From a virus (lineage: Duplodnaviria; Caudoviricetes), in the IMG/VR virus record IMGVR_UViG_3300024187_000002, positions 1 to 64,000 of that record: a stretch of DNA of 64,000 nt, one strand, 5' to 3'. The notes under the pieces were generated by a model that worked only from the letters and a program-made list of their open reading frames with translations, did not search any database and had not been told where the DNA came from. Below, piece by piece: positions 1 through 9,685 of the stretch (position 1 is its first letter; every line of letters starts with the position of its first letter). The position numbers and the translations under genes are program-made.

Positions 1-1521
1 CCAGATGATTATGCTGATATTAATTTAATCGGCGACGAAGAAACCGTAGGCGGCGAAACAATTCCTAAAGGTAAGTTGGTTGACTTTTTCCCTGACGGTC
101 TCTGTGCGGTAGGGCTTAACGGAATGGCGGTGGTGCTCGCTCTTTATCCTGAACGACATAAAGATCACATCGTTTCAGGAACATGGTTTACTCAGGCCCA
201 AACCGGATCGGGAAGAGGGCTGGCAGACTCGGTAGAGATTCAAAAACAGTTTAATACGCTAAACGGGCAAGCTGCGTCTTACATGAGTTCAACCCACACT
301 CCGGCAATTGGGTACGACAATCAGATCTGGACAGGAAGTAAAATGAAGTATCTCGGCACTCCGAGAACTAATATTCCGTTTGACCTAACGAAACTCCCAG
401 AGGGCCGGAAACTTCAAGACTCAATTTATCAGTTTCAACCAGCTTCTATTCCCGCGCAGTTTTTTGACTACGCCCAAAACTTTCTGAACGTGATGTTTCA
501 GAAAACGAGCATGGTTACGGATTACGATCAAGGCCAACCGGGAATCACCGCCACCAACACCACGGCGACGGCGGCAGAAATAGACCAAGGGAACGCGGAC
601 TCGATTAACCAGCCGATATTTCTAATTAAGGCTGATGCGCGGCGTAGAGGGTCAGAGATTACAATTAATCTATTTCGTCAACACTTTCCGATGAAACGAT
701 ACTTCGATTTAGGAGGAAGATACGGACAGGTTCAAGGGATAGAACTATCGAGCGCCGATCTTAAAGGTGATTTGGTGTTTGATGTTGTTCCGAACAGTGA
801 AATGCCGAAAGGCCCGTTCACTCGACAGAAGAACATTATGGGCTTTTTTAACGTGGTCGGTGGCGCTCAGGGTTATGCGATGATGAAGCAGTCCGATCCG
901 CAACTGACTAACGAGTTAGAGCAAGTCTTTGATGTGGATTTAGAGACAGACACTTTTGATTCGGTCGCAGAACTTTGCCGCAGACGTTTGAACCAGATGA
1001 AGCAAGCGGTTGATGTGGGGGTTGTTGACCCTGAGATAATTATTCAAGCTATTCAACCACCCGTCAGCACGGTAGAGCCGAATCTAACGGATAAGAGTAA
1101 ATGGTTCGCCAACTGTCTTGATTGGGACGAGCTGATCGAGTCTCCAATGCCGCTACGGCAGGCTGTGGAATTACTGGCAAAGGGCCAATTCCAAGGTTCT
1201 GTGGTTCAGCAAGCTAACATCGCAGCAGGACAAGGCGTTATTGAGGCCGCGCAAGCTGCGCCAGCGGCTTTAGGTGCGCAGGCTTTAGAATCTCAAGGGC
1301 AGAGTCAAGAGCAACCACAATCGCCCAGTCCTGATCAGCAGCTTGACGTGCAGGCTCAAGCAGCACAGCAGCAGCAAGACTCGATAGAGTCTCAGGCTCA
1401 ACGTGAGCATGAGTTGAAACTCCAAAAAGGCGAGAAAGAAATGCAGTCCGCTGACCACAAAAACAAGGTACAATTAGCACGCATGAAGCCTAAGCCATCG
1501 AAAGGGCAACCCGCCGAATGA
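1..1521 (+). CDS. Portal protein, 5'-partial
   Basis: Frame is open from base 1 (PDDYADINLIG...). It precedes scaffold and capsid and has a Q/A-rich C-terminal barrel-like tail as in P22-type portals. Call from synteny and architecture. Confidence 0.65.
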   Translation, partial: PDDYADINLIGDEETVGGETIPKGKLVDFFPDGLCAVGLNGMAVVLALYPERHKDHIVSGTWFTQAQTGSGRGLADSVEIQKQFNTLNGQAASYMSSTHTPAIGYDNQIWTGSKMKYLGTPRTNIPFDLTKLPEGRKLQDSIYQFQPASIPAQFFDYAQNFLNVMFQKTSMVTDYDQGQPGITATNTTATAAEIDQGNADSINQPIFLIKADARRRGSEITINLFRQHFPMKRYFDLGGRYGQVQGIELSSADLKGDLVFDVVPNSEMPKGPFTRQKNIMGFFNVVGGAQGYAMMKQSDPQLTNELEQVFDVDLETDTFDSVAELCRRRLNQMKQAVDVGVVDPEIIIQAIQPPVSTVEPNLTDKSKWFANCLDWDELIESPMPLRQAVELLAKGQFQGSVVQQANIAAGQGVIEAAQAAPAALGAQALESQGQSQEQPQSPSPDQQLDVQAQAAQQQQDSIESQAQREHELKLQKGEKEMQSADHKNKVQLARMKPKPSKGQPAE

Positions 1522-2060
1522 TAGAAGAATGGCGCGCCATTAAAAACCATAGAGGGTACGAAGTCAGCAATCTTGGACAAGTTCGCAGTATGTGGCCTGA
1601 TAGAGGTTCTAAGGCTGCGCCGCTGGAGCCCAAAATTATAATCGGCGGTTTCGACCAACGCGGTTATCGCCTAGTCGGGCTGAAACCGGAGACACTAATA
1701 TCAGGTCATCGAATTAAAACCCGCAGAGTGCATCGCCTCGTTGCTGAAACATTTATTCCCAATCCCAACCAATTACCGCAGGTTAATCATAAAGATGGCG
1801 ACAAGTTAAACAACCGCGCGGATAATCTGGAGTGGATTAGCAATGCTGACAATGCTACGCACGCTGCGAACAACAATCTATACGCCGCAGGTCTGCAAAG
1901 CGGTATGGGCAAGTGGCCCGATAGCATGGCGCGTTCAGTTAAGTGTCTGCTGGATGGCGGTGTTCGCCCTGTAGACGTGTCTCGTGTTTTAGGCGTTCCG
2001 ATGGGCTCTTTGTACTGGCTTGCCGGAGGACGCAAGCAGACATGGACGACCGCGCAATGA
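1518..2060 (+). CDS. NUMOD4-HNH homing endonuclease
   Basis: N-terminal EEWRAIKNHRGYEVSNLGQVRS (NUMOD4); HNH core VHRLVAETFIPNP...VNHKDGDKLNNRADNLEW. Confidence 0.92.
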   Translation: MIEEWRAIKNHRGYEVSNLGQVRSMWPDRGSKAAPLEPKIIIGGFDQRGYRLVGLKPETLISGHRIKTRRVHRLVAETFIPNPNQLPQVNHKDGDKLNNRADNLEWISNADNATHAANNNLYAAGLQSGMGKWPDSMARSVKCLLDGGVRPVDVSRVLGVPMGSLYWLAGGRKQTWTTAQ

Positions 2061-2266
2061 AAATGGAACCCAACCTTCAACTAGCCAAGGCCAAACTATC
2101 AATGCGATGGTTTGCCGAACATGGAACCGTGGATGAGATTGAAAAGCTACTATCTTGTATTCAAGAAGTGACGCCGCGGATTGAAGGTCGGATAAGGCGA
2201 GAAAAACTAATCCTTGCTAAAGACAAGGCTTTAACCTTACAATCCGAATTCGTGAGGGTTTCGTAA
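2057..2266 (+). CDS. Hypothetical protein (69 aa)
   Basis: ATG at 2057 overlaps the HNH stop (ATGA coupling). Confidence 0.55.
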   Translation: MKMEPNLQLAKAKLSMRWFAEHGTVDEIEKLLSCIQEVTPRIEGRIRREKLILAKDKALTLQSEFVRVS

Positions 2267-2371
2267 ACGGATTGACAATTTAGCTTTGTTCCTCAGTCGA
2301 GGAAAGGGCCGCATGAGCGTGAACCTATCAAGGATTTACGTTGATGCGGCTTTATTTTTAGCCGCAAAGGT

Positions 2372-3847
2372 ATGGAACTACAAACCACGGATGTATCTAG
2401 CGAGGGTGCTCCTCCTCCTAGCGTCTCTGCGGAGATGGTCAGTGCTCCGGCTGAACAAACTGGAAGCGAACCGCAACAGACTGCCGAGTCTGGCGCGGAG
2501 GCTGTTGTCGAACAACCAACTGAGCAGGCTGAGGCTGCATTCAAACTTCCTGAGAATGACGACGATCTCAAGGGGCAAGAAAATAATCCTCATGTACAGG
2601 CGGTTATTCAACTAAGACAGCAGCTGCGAGAGCGTGATCAGCGACTTGACGAGTTCAAACCGTTAACGGATTGGAAACCGATTGTTGAAAAGATTGGTAA
2701 TCCAGCTCAGGCACAAACGGCTTATGAACTAACCCAGTCGCTCTTTAGTTCACCTGAAGGACAAGAGTATTCAACTCTTCCGTTTCTTCAGAACGCCGAT
2801 AAACAGAGACCGGGGGTAGCTAATCAACTATTTCACGATCTTCTGACTTATCGAGTGCCTGACGAAAATGGAGCAGAAGATACGTTAGTGCGGCACATGT
2901 ACCGCGCTCACAGTCTTGATCCCGACCGGATTGAGGACTATCGAAACATTGACATGCTCCGCGCTTCGGGGGTCGTAACCGCTGAAGACCTCGGCAAAGT
3001 CCCTGAACAATTTCGCGAGGCTTTTAAGTCTCTTTCCAAGGATGGTCAAGACGACATTCTTGAACTGATCCGCGCCCGTGATGAGAATCCGCAAGCTAAC
3101 GCGAGTTTTGGATTACGAGCAGAGGAACACCTACGCAACGCCCAAGCTGCATTAGAGGCTAAGACGTGGCGAGAAAAAGACGAACAGACCAAACGAGAAG
3201 CCGCAGAACAGCAGCAAGCTCAGTTTCAACAGCAAGTTGCTCAAGCGGTAGAACAGGACATTGTTAGCGAGTCTCAGACGATGTATGACTCCATACACAA
3301 AAGTCTGTCGTCACAAGTGACTTTTTCAAGTGACGCGACTGTTAATTCTCTCGAATGCGACAAAATCTTAAGTGTTGTAGCTAACCTTCAAAGTCCATAT
3401 CCGATCTATCGCGACATGGCTGCTCGAGCATTAAAAGCAGTCGGGGTAGACGTGAACGGCTTTAGCGAGTTGGCGTCTCGTTTCGAGCATGAACGCGGGA
3501 AATATGTTGCGTTGAAAGCTGCGGGACAGGAAAACACTTGGGATGGTCAGGATGCTTTATCTAAATCTGAAACCGCAAAGCAACAGATTTTAGTAAGAGC
3601 TAACGACTATGCATTGAAGCTTGCTAAGGCGGGCGGTGAGAGAGCAGCAACAGCAGCGGCACAGACAGGAAGTCAACTTGAGACGGCTACGGCGCGTTTT
3701 GTGCCTTCAGGGACAGGACAGGCTCAACAAGGGAACGCAAACCCCTACATGAACAATCCGCATCCTGTAGGCAGTCAGGAATACTATAAGTTTTATCGCG
3801 ACATCGATAAAGCTAACGGCCTGAACAACGCGTCGGTATTCAGTTAA
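2372..3847 (+). CDS. Putative capsid scaffolding protein
   Basis: 491 aa, acidic low-complexity N-terminus, helical Q/E/A-rich; lies between portal and capsid genes. Confidence 0.5.
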   Translation: MELQTTDVSSEGAPPPSVSAEMVSAPAEQTGSEPQQTAESGAEAVVEQPTEQAEAAFKLPENDDDLKGQENNPHVQAVIQLRQQLRERDQRLDEFKPLTDWKPIVEKIGNPAQAQTAYELTQSLFSSPEGQEYSTLPFLQNADKQRPGVANQLFHDLLTYRVPDENGAEDTLVRHMYRAHSLDPDRIEDYRNIDMLRASGVVTAEDLGKVPEQFREAFKSLSKDGQDDILELIRARDENPQANASFGLRAEEHLRNAQAALEAKTWREKDEQTKREAAEQQQAQFQQQVAQAVEQDIVSESQTMYDSIHKSLSSQVTFSSDATVNSLECDKILSVVANLQSPYPIYRDMAARALKAVGVDVNGFSELASRFEHERGKYVALKAAGQENTWDGQDALSKSETAKQQILVRANDYALKLAKAGGERAATAAAQTGSQLETATARFVPSGTGQAQQGNANPYMNNPHPVGSQEYYKFYRDIDKANGLNNASVFS

Positions 3848-3859
3848 GGGAGACTCAAA

Positions 3860-5137
3860 ATGGGAGCAGTACAATTTTCTGAAATCACCGATCTCAAACG
3901 TCAAGCGGTTGAGAAGGATGTCCGGAAGTTCTATGATAACAACGATCCGGGCATGAGAGCCTTTGGTAAGGCGGTAGACAAGCCGAAACTTACCGAAAAG
4001 GGTTATCGCCTTCCTGACTACGCTCGTCGTCCTACTGGCATGACTTGGTTTACGCCAGACAACTCCGATTTCAATCAGGCAAATGGCCCGCAAACAGTTT
4101 CAATGTGGGTCTATCCGACCATGAGCGCGTGGCCGATGATCTGGGCCGGTTCTACCATCGAGTCGATGGAGAACGACACTGAAGATAATGTTCAGTCCTA
4201 CGATCAAGTCATGGTGCAGTACACCGAAACCTTCCGTAAGAGAATGAATCAATACTTCTATGGAACGGGCAATGCTGCGGTGGCTTACTCAGCAACCACA
4301 ACTACAGTTCTTGGCTCTCAATCGCTCTCAGGAACGACCACGGCAGCAACCACTCCGGGTCAGACCAAGGGAACAATGTGGCTGTGGGAAGGCGAGACGT
4401 ACCAAGCTATTAATGCGTCCACGGGAGCAGTACGTGGTGGGTTTGTCGTCACAACTGCCGGTACGTCATCTTGCACAATCAACATGCTGTACGGAACAGT
4501 ATCATCCGGCGATCCAATTGTGATTCAGGGGTCGTACCAGTTGGCAATGCGGGGCGAGGGTTGGCTTGTGAGCGACCAAAACCGTGTATTGCAGGGACTC
4601 GACACTTCGGTCTATACCGATTTGAATGCTCCGGTGGTTGACCTCGCGGGCGCGCTGCTGACCCCGGCTGCAATCGAGAACGCGAAAGCTCTGTTGCAGA
4701 CTCGTAACAACGCGGTCGATGCCAAGAACAACTTGACAGCCTTTATTACGTGGGGCCAATACAGTACGATTCGTAAGCAAGGCTACAACCTTGGCTATTA
4801 CCTGCGTGAAGATGCTGGATCGGACACCATGAAGGGTGTGCAAGGCGACTACACGGACGGCGACACTCGTTTCATTTGCGATACTGATATGGACGAGGAT
4901 CGCGTGTATTTCAACAAGACTTCAGATTATAAGATCTACGAGATGAAGCCCTACGGGAAGTACAACCGTGATGGCCTTGAACAGCGTATGTTGCTGGGTG
5001 CGAACCAAACTGGAAGTGACAATTGGCAAAGCGCGGTTGGGTGGAAAGGGAACCCTGCCACCCTATCAGGAAGAGGCTCGGCCTTCATCAAACGTGCGCA
5101 GTTGGCTTACGCGACTGCTGTAACCGCCGGACTATAA
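3860..5137 (+). CDS. Major capsid protein
   Basis: 425 aa, strong SD (AAGGGAGA), directly after the scaffold; size and position typical of HK97-fold/P22-coat-like capsids. Confidence 0.72.
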   Translation: MGAVQFSEITDLKRQAVEKDVRKFYDNNDPGMRAFGKAVDKPKLTEKGYRLPDYARRPTGMTWFTPDNSDFNQANGPQTVSMWVYPTMSAWPMIWAGSTIESMENDTEDNVQSYDQVMVQYTETFRKRMNQYFYGTGNAAVAYSATTTTVLGSQSLSGTTTAATTPGQTKGTMWLWEGETYQAINASTGAVRGGFVVTTAGTSSCTINMLYGTVSSGDPIVIQGSYQLAMRGEGWLVSDQNRVLQGLDTSVYTDLNAPVVDLAGALLTPAAIENAKALLQTRNNAVDAKNNLTAFITWGQYSTIRKQGYNLGYYLREDAGSDTMKGVQGDYTDGDTRFICDTDMDEDRVYFNKTSDYKIYEMKPYGKYNRDGLEQRMLLGANQTGSDNWQSAVGWKGNPATLSGRGSAFIKRAQLAYATAVTAGL

Positions 5138-5148
5138 GGAGAAAAATC

Positions 5149-5484
5149 ATGGCAACTAACACTTCAAACAATCCGGCATTTCTGTATGACAACATCACGC
5201 AGAATCCGAAGGTGGTCAATCCGTCAACCAGTTATACGGTTTTGTCCGACGATAACGTGATCGTATGTGGAGCTAACTCGCTTGCGATCACGCTTACGGC
5301 AACGAGTAATTCGCCCGTGTGGGTTACTTCGGTTGATGGTACTACACAGCGCACGGGCTGCACTGTCGTCGTTGGTTCTCAAGATTGGGTTATTGCGGAC
5401 AGCGGGGCGTCAGCTTTATGCGTCCGCGTCGGCCCTGCGAGCACTAACTTCTGGATGGTTGTCGGCGCAAAGACCGCAAGTTAA
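5149..5484 (+). CDS. Putative head decoration/fibre beta-sandwich protein
   Basis: SD AAGGAGA before ATG 5149. Beta-rich TSYTVLSDDNVIVC...AITLT pattern, similar to the N-terminus of 18431..19126. Confidence 0.5.
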   Translation: MATNTSNNPAFLYDNITQNPKVVNPSTSYTVLSDDNVIVCGANSLAITLTATSNSPVWVTSVDGTTQRTGCTVVVGSQDWVIADSGASALCVRVGPASTNFWMVVGAKTAS

Positions 5485-6416
5485 TGATTGAGGCTTACAA
5501 CAGGCCCGATCTTTGGGCGTCTCCGGGTATCTTTAAACGTCCTGAATTTGACGTGGAGGGATATCAGAGGAAAATCAACCGAATTGTGGGGGCATCGCCT
5601 AGCGGCGCTCCCATAGTTCAACTCGTTTGGGCGTGGGATGCGCGCAAGTGGGAAAACACAAGCTGGGACAGTTACGGCCTTGCTAAAGAGGGTGAATGGC
5701 GACAGAAGTACCGAGCCTTGTCTGTAGACATCGGCAACGATGATTATGTTGATATCTCTCCTCCCCGGTGGATTCTGGAAGAACGATTTGAGCCAGAAGC
5801 CTTAGCGATTAGTTGGGAACGTACTCGGTATCGACTGAAGATCGTTGAACCTGTTCCCGTGATGTGTCGGTACTGTCATAGTCCCGGCAGGTTCTTCAGC
5901 ACTCAGGAACTAGCTTCTATCTTCGCTAAGTGGGATGCCAGTCAGGTTAAAGACGGGAAGGTATTTGTTCATTGGGTAGATACGGATCGCTCAGAAGGCC
6001 ATATCCTTTGTTGCCGGTTTTGCAATGAGGACACGATTCTTAGAACAGTGAATGAAGATGTGTGGGGGCCAGTACCGCGAGAAGGTTGGTACAACATGCT
6101 TCCTCATATCGGAATCATCGCAGACCATCAAAATAAGTGCTGTGAACGAATCTGGAATGAGTCAAGAGAGATTTGTTACGGCACGTACAAAGAGCCCTCA
6201 GGGAAAGAATTAAAAAGACTCAAAAAGGGTATTGCGTTAAGAAATAAAGAAGCAGCAACCAATCCGCATATTAGACCCGAATTAGACGAGGTAGCCTTAC
6301 AGCAAGCTAAGGCGTGGGGATTGCAAATGATGGCCGATCAGAAGGTTAAGAAACGAAATGAGTTGGCTGAAATACGCCGCGCTCACCGTCCTTCAAACAT
6401 TCAAGTGTACGCATAA
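5484..6416 (+). CDS. Hypothetical protein with two CxxC motifs
   Basis: 310 aa; CRYC and CRFC; coupled to the upstream stop. Confidence 0.6.
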   Translation: MIEAYNRPDLWASPGIFKRPEFDVEGYQRKINRIVGASPSGAPIVQLVWAWDARKWENTSWDSYGLAKEGEWRQKYRALSVDIGNDDYVDISPPRWILEERFEPEALAISWERTRYRLKIVEPVPVMCRYCHSPGRFFSTQELASIFAKWDASQVKDGKVFVHWVDTDRSEGHILCCRFCNEDTILRTVNEDVWGPVPREGWYNMLPHIGIIADHQNKCCERIWNESREICYGTYKEPSGKELKRLKKGIALRNKEAATNPHIRPELDEVALQQAKAWGLQMMADQKVKKRNELAEIRRAHRPSNIQVYA

Positions 6417-6424
6417 GGAGAAAT

Positions 6425-7498
6425 ATGCAAGTAGCAGAACGTCAACAGATTAAGCCGGAAGTTTTTGATTCGGTTGGGTACTTTGATAAGCGCGTCGTCG
6501 GGGCGAATGTCGTGCGGTGGGTATTCTTCCCCGGCGATCTAATCGTACCTGAAAGAAAGGCCGAAATCTCATGGCTACAAGCTGGCGGCGAAGAAACTCC
6601 CAATCCTTGTCTTCAAAAATACGGACGAGGATTTGTTCCTCGCGGACGCGCTGCGCTACTGGAAATGGGTGGCGAGCCTATCCCTATGCGACATTTGGGC
6701 GACCTTCAAGCAGTAGCGTGGCAGGGCATCCCTTTGAACGAGGATGCTGTCAAGAACAAGTTTGGCTTCGTGCCAGTGTATCCCGGCGACGGATTGAGAG
6801 TGCTTCGTCGCTACTCCATGAACCCTATCCGCAAGGGGATGGATGAGATTAGCGTTCTACTCGGGAAAGAATGGGACGAGTGTCACAACGCAGAAGAAAC
6901 GGGCATTCTTGACGTGATTGAAACCGCAATGTTTGGTGATGGAATTGAGCCGACATTGAAAGGCTTGGAAGCGCAGATTAGCTCGGCGGTGATCACAGAC
7001 AGTCGAATCGACATTGGCAAATACAAAGCCGAAACTCTGCGCATGTGTGAAGAGTTCCGCAACTGGGCAACTCGCATGGTGAGCGTTGAGCATGGGCTGC
7101 TAAAAACAGGACACGTCGGGGAGTGGCAAGGTGGCTGGTCTTACTCGTATTCTCCGATTGTGGAAATGCTCATCACGCAGCTTGAGATGTCTCGGCAGGA
7201 TCAGCCGATGCAGGAAATGTCGAAGCTCGTGGCGCAATTAAGTTCTAATCAAACTCCGCAGCCAACGTCAATGTCTGCCGCCGATCTCGATCTAATCGAG
7301 CAGCGCATGGAAGCGCGGCTAGCTCAAGCGAGAGAAGCGGACGCGAAGAGAATTGCCGAGTTAGAAGCGCAAGTGAAAACTCAGACTGAACCCCAAGAAC
7401 TGAACGCGACTGATTTTGATTTACATGGTGAACGCCCCGCTGAAGTGCATTGGAAAACTTGGCAGAAATGGCGTCACAATGCCGGTTTGGGAGAATAA
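6425..7498 (+). CDS. Hypothetical morphogenesis-region protein
   Basis: 357 aa, SD AAGGAG, C-terminal coiled coil. Confidence 0.6.
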   Translation: MQVAERQQIKPEVFDSVGYFDKRVVGANVVRWVFFPGDLIVPERKAEISWLQAGGEETPNPCLQKYGRGFVPRGRAALLEMGGEPIPMRHLGDLQAVAWQGIPLNEDAVKNKFGFVPVYPGDGLRVLRRYSMNPIRKGMDEISVLLGKEWDECHNAEETGILDVIETAMFGDGIEPTLKGLEAQISSAVITDSRIDIGKYKAETLRMCEEFRNWATRMVSVEHGLLKTGHVGEWQGGWSYSYSPIVEMLITQLEMSRQDQPMQEMSKLVAQLSSNQTPQPTSMSAADLDLIEQRMEARLAQAREADAKRIAELEAQVKTQTEPQELNATDFDLHGERPAEVHWKTWQKWRHNAGLGE

Positions 7499-7989
7499 TC
7501 AGGATGTGATTTGGTGGTGCGCCGATTTTGGGCTTGTTCTTTTTTTGTGGCCCATCGGCAATTAGCCGCCCATCCTTGAGAAGCACAATGAGGACACTTA
7601 CCACAAGAATAGCTTCCTTTATTACGAATGCGATCAATTGTGTGTTCGGTGGTAGGTTTTGGCCCCATGTCGGCGTAAAACTGCTTGAAGCTACGCCAAG
7701 CTTGGCACAGCGTAATTCCCTTGCCCCCGTAGCGCGGATAGTCTGCAGCGGTCACGCGAAGAGCGCGGCTTCGCATAGCGATCCAAGATCGATACTCGGA
7801 ACTGAAGGACATGTAATGTCGTCGATGGCAACCGCAGCTTTTATTGGCCCCAGACTTCAGATGATCGGCTCGCACGACTATTTCTTTGCCGCACGAACAT
7901 CGACAATGCCAATAGTAGCCGCTCTTTCCGCGATGGGAAAAACTTGTCACAACCAGATAGTTGTAAGTGCTACCAGTCAAGTCCTTCAT
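7474..7989 (-). CDS. HNH homing endonuclease (antisense to late operon)
   Basis: WHCRCSCG...SCGC N-terminus; YRSWIAMRSR, YPRYGGKGITLC, TIDRI...NCRWAT..EQAQN. Confidence 0.88.
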   Translation of the reverse strand: MKDLTGSTYNYLVVTSFSHRGKSGYYWHCRCSCGKEIVVRADHLKSGANKSCGCHRRHYMSFSSEYRSWIAMRSRALRVTAADYPRYGGKGITLCQAWRSFKQFYADMGPKPTTEHTIDRIRNKGSYSCGKCPHCASQGWAANCRWATKKEQAQNRRTTKSHPDYSPKPAL

Positions 7990-8074
7990 AGCCGCATGTT
8001 ACCATGTTTCAACGGGTTACACAAAACGTGGGCGAAGTGGCGTAAGGACGCAGGGATCGAGTAGGGAGTAATGC

Positions 8075-8839
8075 GTGGCTTCAATTCAGTCAATGACCAC
8101 CGACGTTCGCATTCGTTGCGACGATCCGCTTCCCCAAAAAGCCAGCATGAGGCGAATACTGCTTGCCGTAGTTGACGCCCTCCAAACGTTTTACGCTCGA
8201 TTAGGCAACACCGGTCAGGCTTGGTCACTCAAGCCTGACTATCTTCTCAACGTCTCAGCCCAAGCCTCAGATTTCCTTCTTGCTGTAGATGATTCCTATG
8301 GGAAACCGATCCAAGTTTTAACTTACTATCCATCTAACCCGTCGTATGTTCAAAGGATTGTAGAATTCCGCGAGATTGCAGACATGAATTTTGACTGGGG
8401 CCTGCCGGTCAATATTTCATCTTACCTTTACACCGATGGCTCTAACTGCACAGCAATGCGAATGGCGTTCTACTATCAGGATGACGGATCGCGGTGGGTT
8501 AGAGTTTTGCCGCAGCCGGGATTGCAAGCTAGTTATTTAGTGACCTTTGCTAGTGGCGACTGGACGAGCGCGGCGGCATTAGAAAGCTCTGCTGTCCTCA
8601 CTCAATTTCATTCGTTAATCGAAATTTGGGCTTCTCAATCTATCCTTCCTTCGTGCCGATGGTGGGACGAAGAAGAAAAGAATATCGTTCATCGCAAAGA
8701 AATCGCCGCTGCATTGGAAAATGACAAACTAAGAATCAGTGATGAATTTGACCGTTACTGTAGAAATTTAATCCAAGACCACATGACCATTCGATCTTCT
8801 AGTATGGACGACGACGGGATCGGCATGTGGGGATACTAG
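8075..8839 (+). CDS. Putative head-tail connector/adaptor
   Basis: 254 aa, GTG start with GGAG SD; position between head and tail genes. Confidence 0.45.
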   Translation: MASIQSMTTDVRIRCDDPLPQKASMRRILLAVVDALQTFYARLGNTGQAWSLKPDYLLNVSAQASDFLLAVDDSYGKPIQVLTYYPSNPSYVQRIVEFREIADMNFDWGLPVNISSYLYTDGSNCTAMRMAFYYQDDGSRWVRVLPQPGLQASYLVTFASGDWTSAAALESSAVLTQFHSLIEIWASQSILPSCRWWDEEEKNIVHRKEIAAALENDKLRISDEFDRYCRNLIQDHMTIRSSSMDDDGIGMWGY

Positions 8840-8860
8840 AACTGTTAGCATTGTACCGCT

Positions 8861-9592
8861 ATGAGCGTTGCGACACATATTATCTTACGAGAGGCAGCGG
8901 TGAGATGCAATGCGCTTGTGGGTGCTACTGCTGCTGCGCTTGAACTGACCTACGCAGCATTGCCGCTCACTGATGCCGATTTCCAATCTTCGATTTTTCC
9001 CTTTACGGCGTTCTTAGATCAAGAGACGGGGAGCATCGCTCGCTTTGCGGATATTATTTCTAGCACCGGAAACCATCCGTGGCGATCTTTTGTAGGACTG
9101 ACAGTAACAGACACGCTGGATAGTGGCGATGTAATGCCCTCTGTTGGCACGAACGGCGATCCGATTATAGGTATCTACGGATCGGTTTTAGACGCGGACG
9201 ATCAAACGATTGTTTGCACTGAATACCCTGAACAAGTTATTAGGCGACGAAATAATAATTTAGCTATCTGGACGATTCCTGTCTATGGATTCAAGATGTC
9301 AGGGGATGGAATCGTCCACACTCGGCCTAATGGCGTAGCGGTTCAGGTATGCACGTTCAACTGGGATTCTATCGCCGCTATCGTGGCGGCAAACGGTGAT
9401 TTACCCTTACCTGATTCTCTCGCTAATGCAATTTGTTATGACATGGTAGGAGCATTGGTAAGAGACGATGAGTTTGTCACACAGTCGGCGATTTATCGCA
9501 AGTATGCAGACAATGCAGAGATGTCGATTCGGCAAGGATTAACTTCAGTGAGTGAACAATCAATAGCGGGGCCAACATTAATCAATTCGTAG
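8861..9592 (+). CDS. Putative virion neck protein
   Basis: 243 aa; synteny only. Confidence 0.4.
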   Translation: MSVATHIILREAAVRCNALVGATAAALELTYAALPLTDADFQSSIFPFTAFLDQETGSIARFADIISSTGNHPWRSFVGLTVTDTLDSGDVMPSVGTNGDPIIGIYGSVLDADDQTIVCTEYPEQVIRRRNNNLAIWTIPVYGFKMSGDGIVHTRPNGVAVQVCTFNWDSIAAIVAANGDLPLPDSLANAICYDMVGALVRDDEFVTQSAIYRKYADNAEMSIRQGLTSVSEQSIAGPTLINS

Positions 9593-9685
9593 TGGAGCAT
9601 TGCATGACTCAATCTGTTTTCGATAATAGCGAGCCAAGCAATCGCGGAATTATAGCATAAGCCCACAGGTAATTACGGTTTAATT

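Noticed and set aside
7474-7989. HNH genes as group I intron ORFs
   Set aside because: Three of four are antisense to the host gene and the inserts leave no room for a ribozyme core.
7528-8064. 178-aa + strand ORF as a real gene
   Set aside because: Antisense shadow of the HNH; only the last 14 codons are meaningful (duplicated terminus). The same applies to 17240..17824 and most other overlapping track ORFs.
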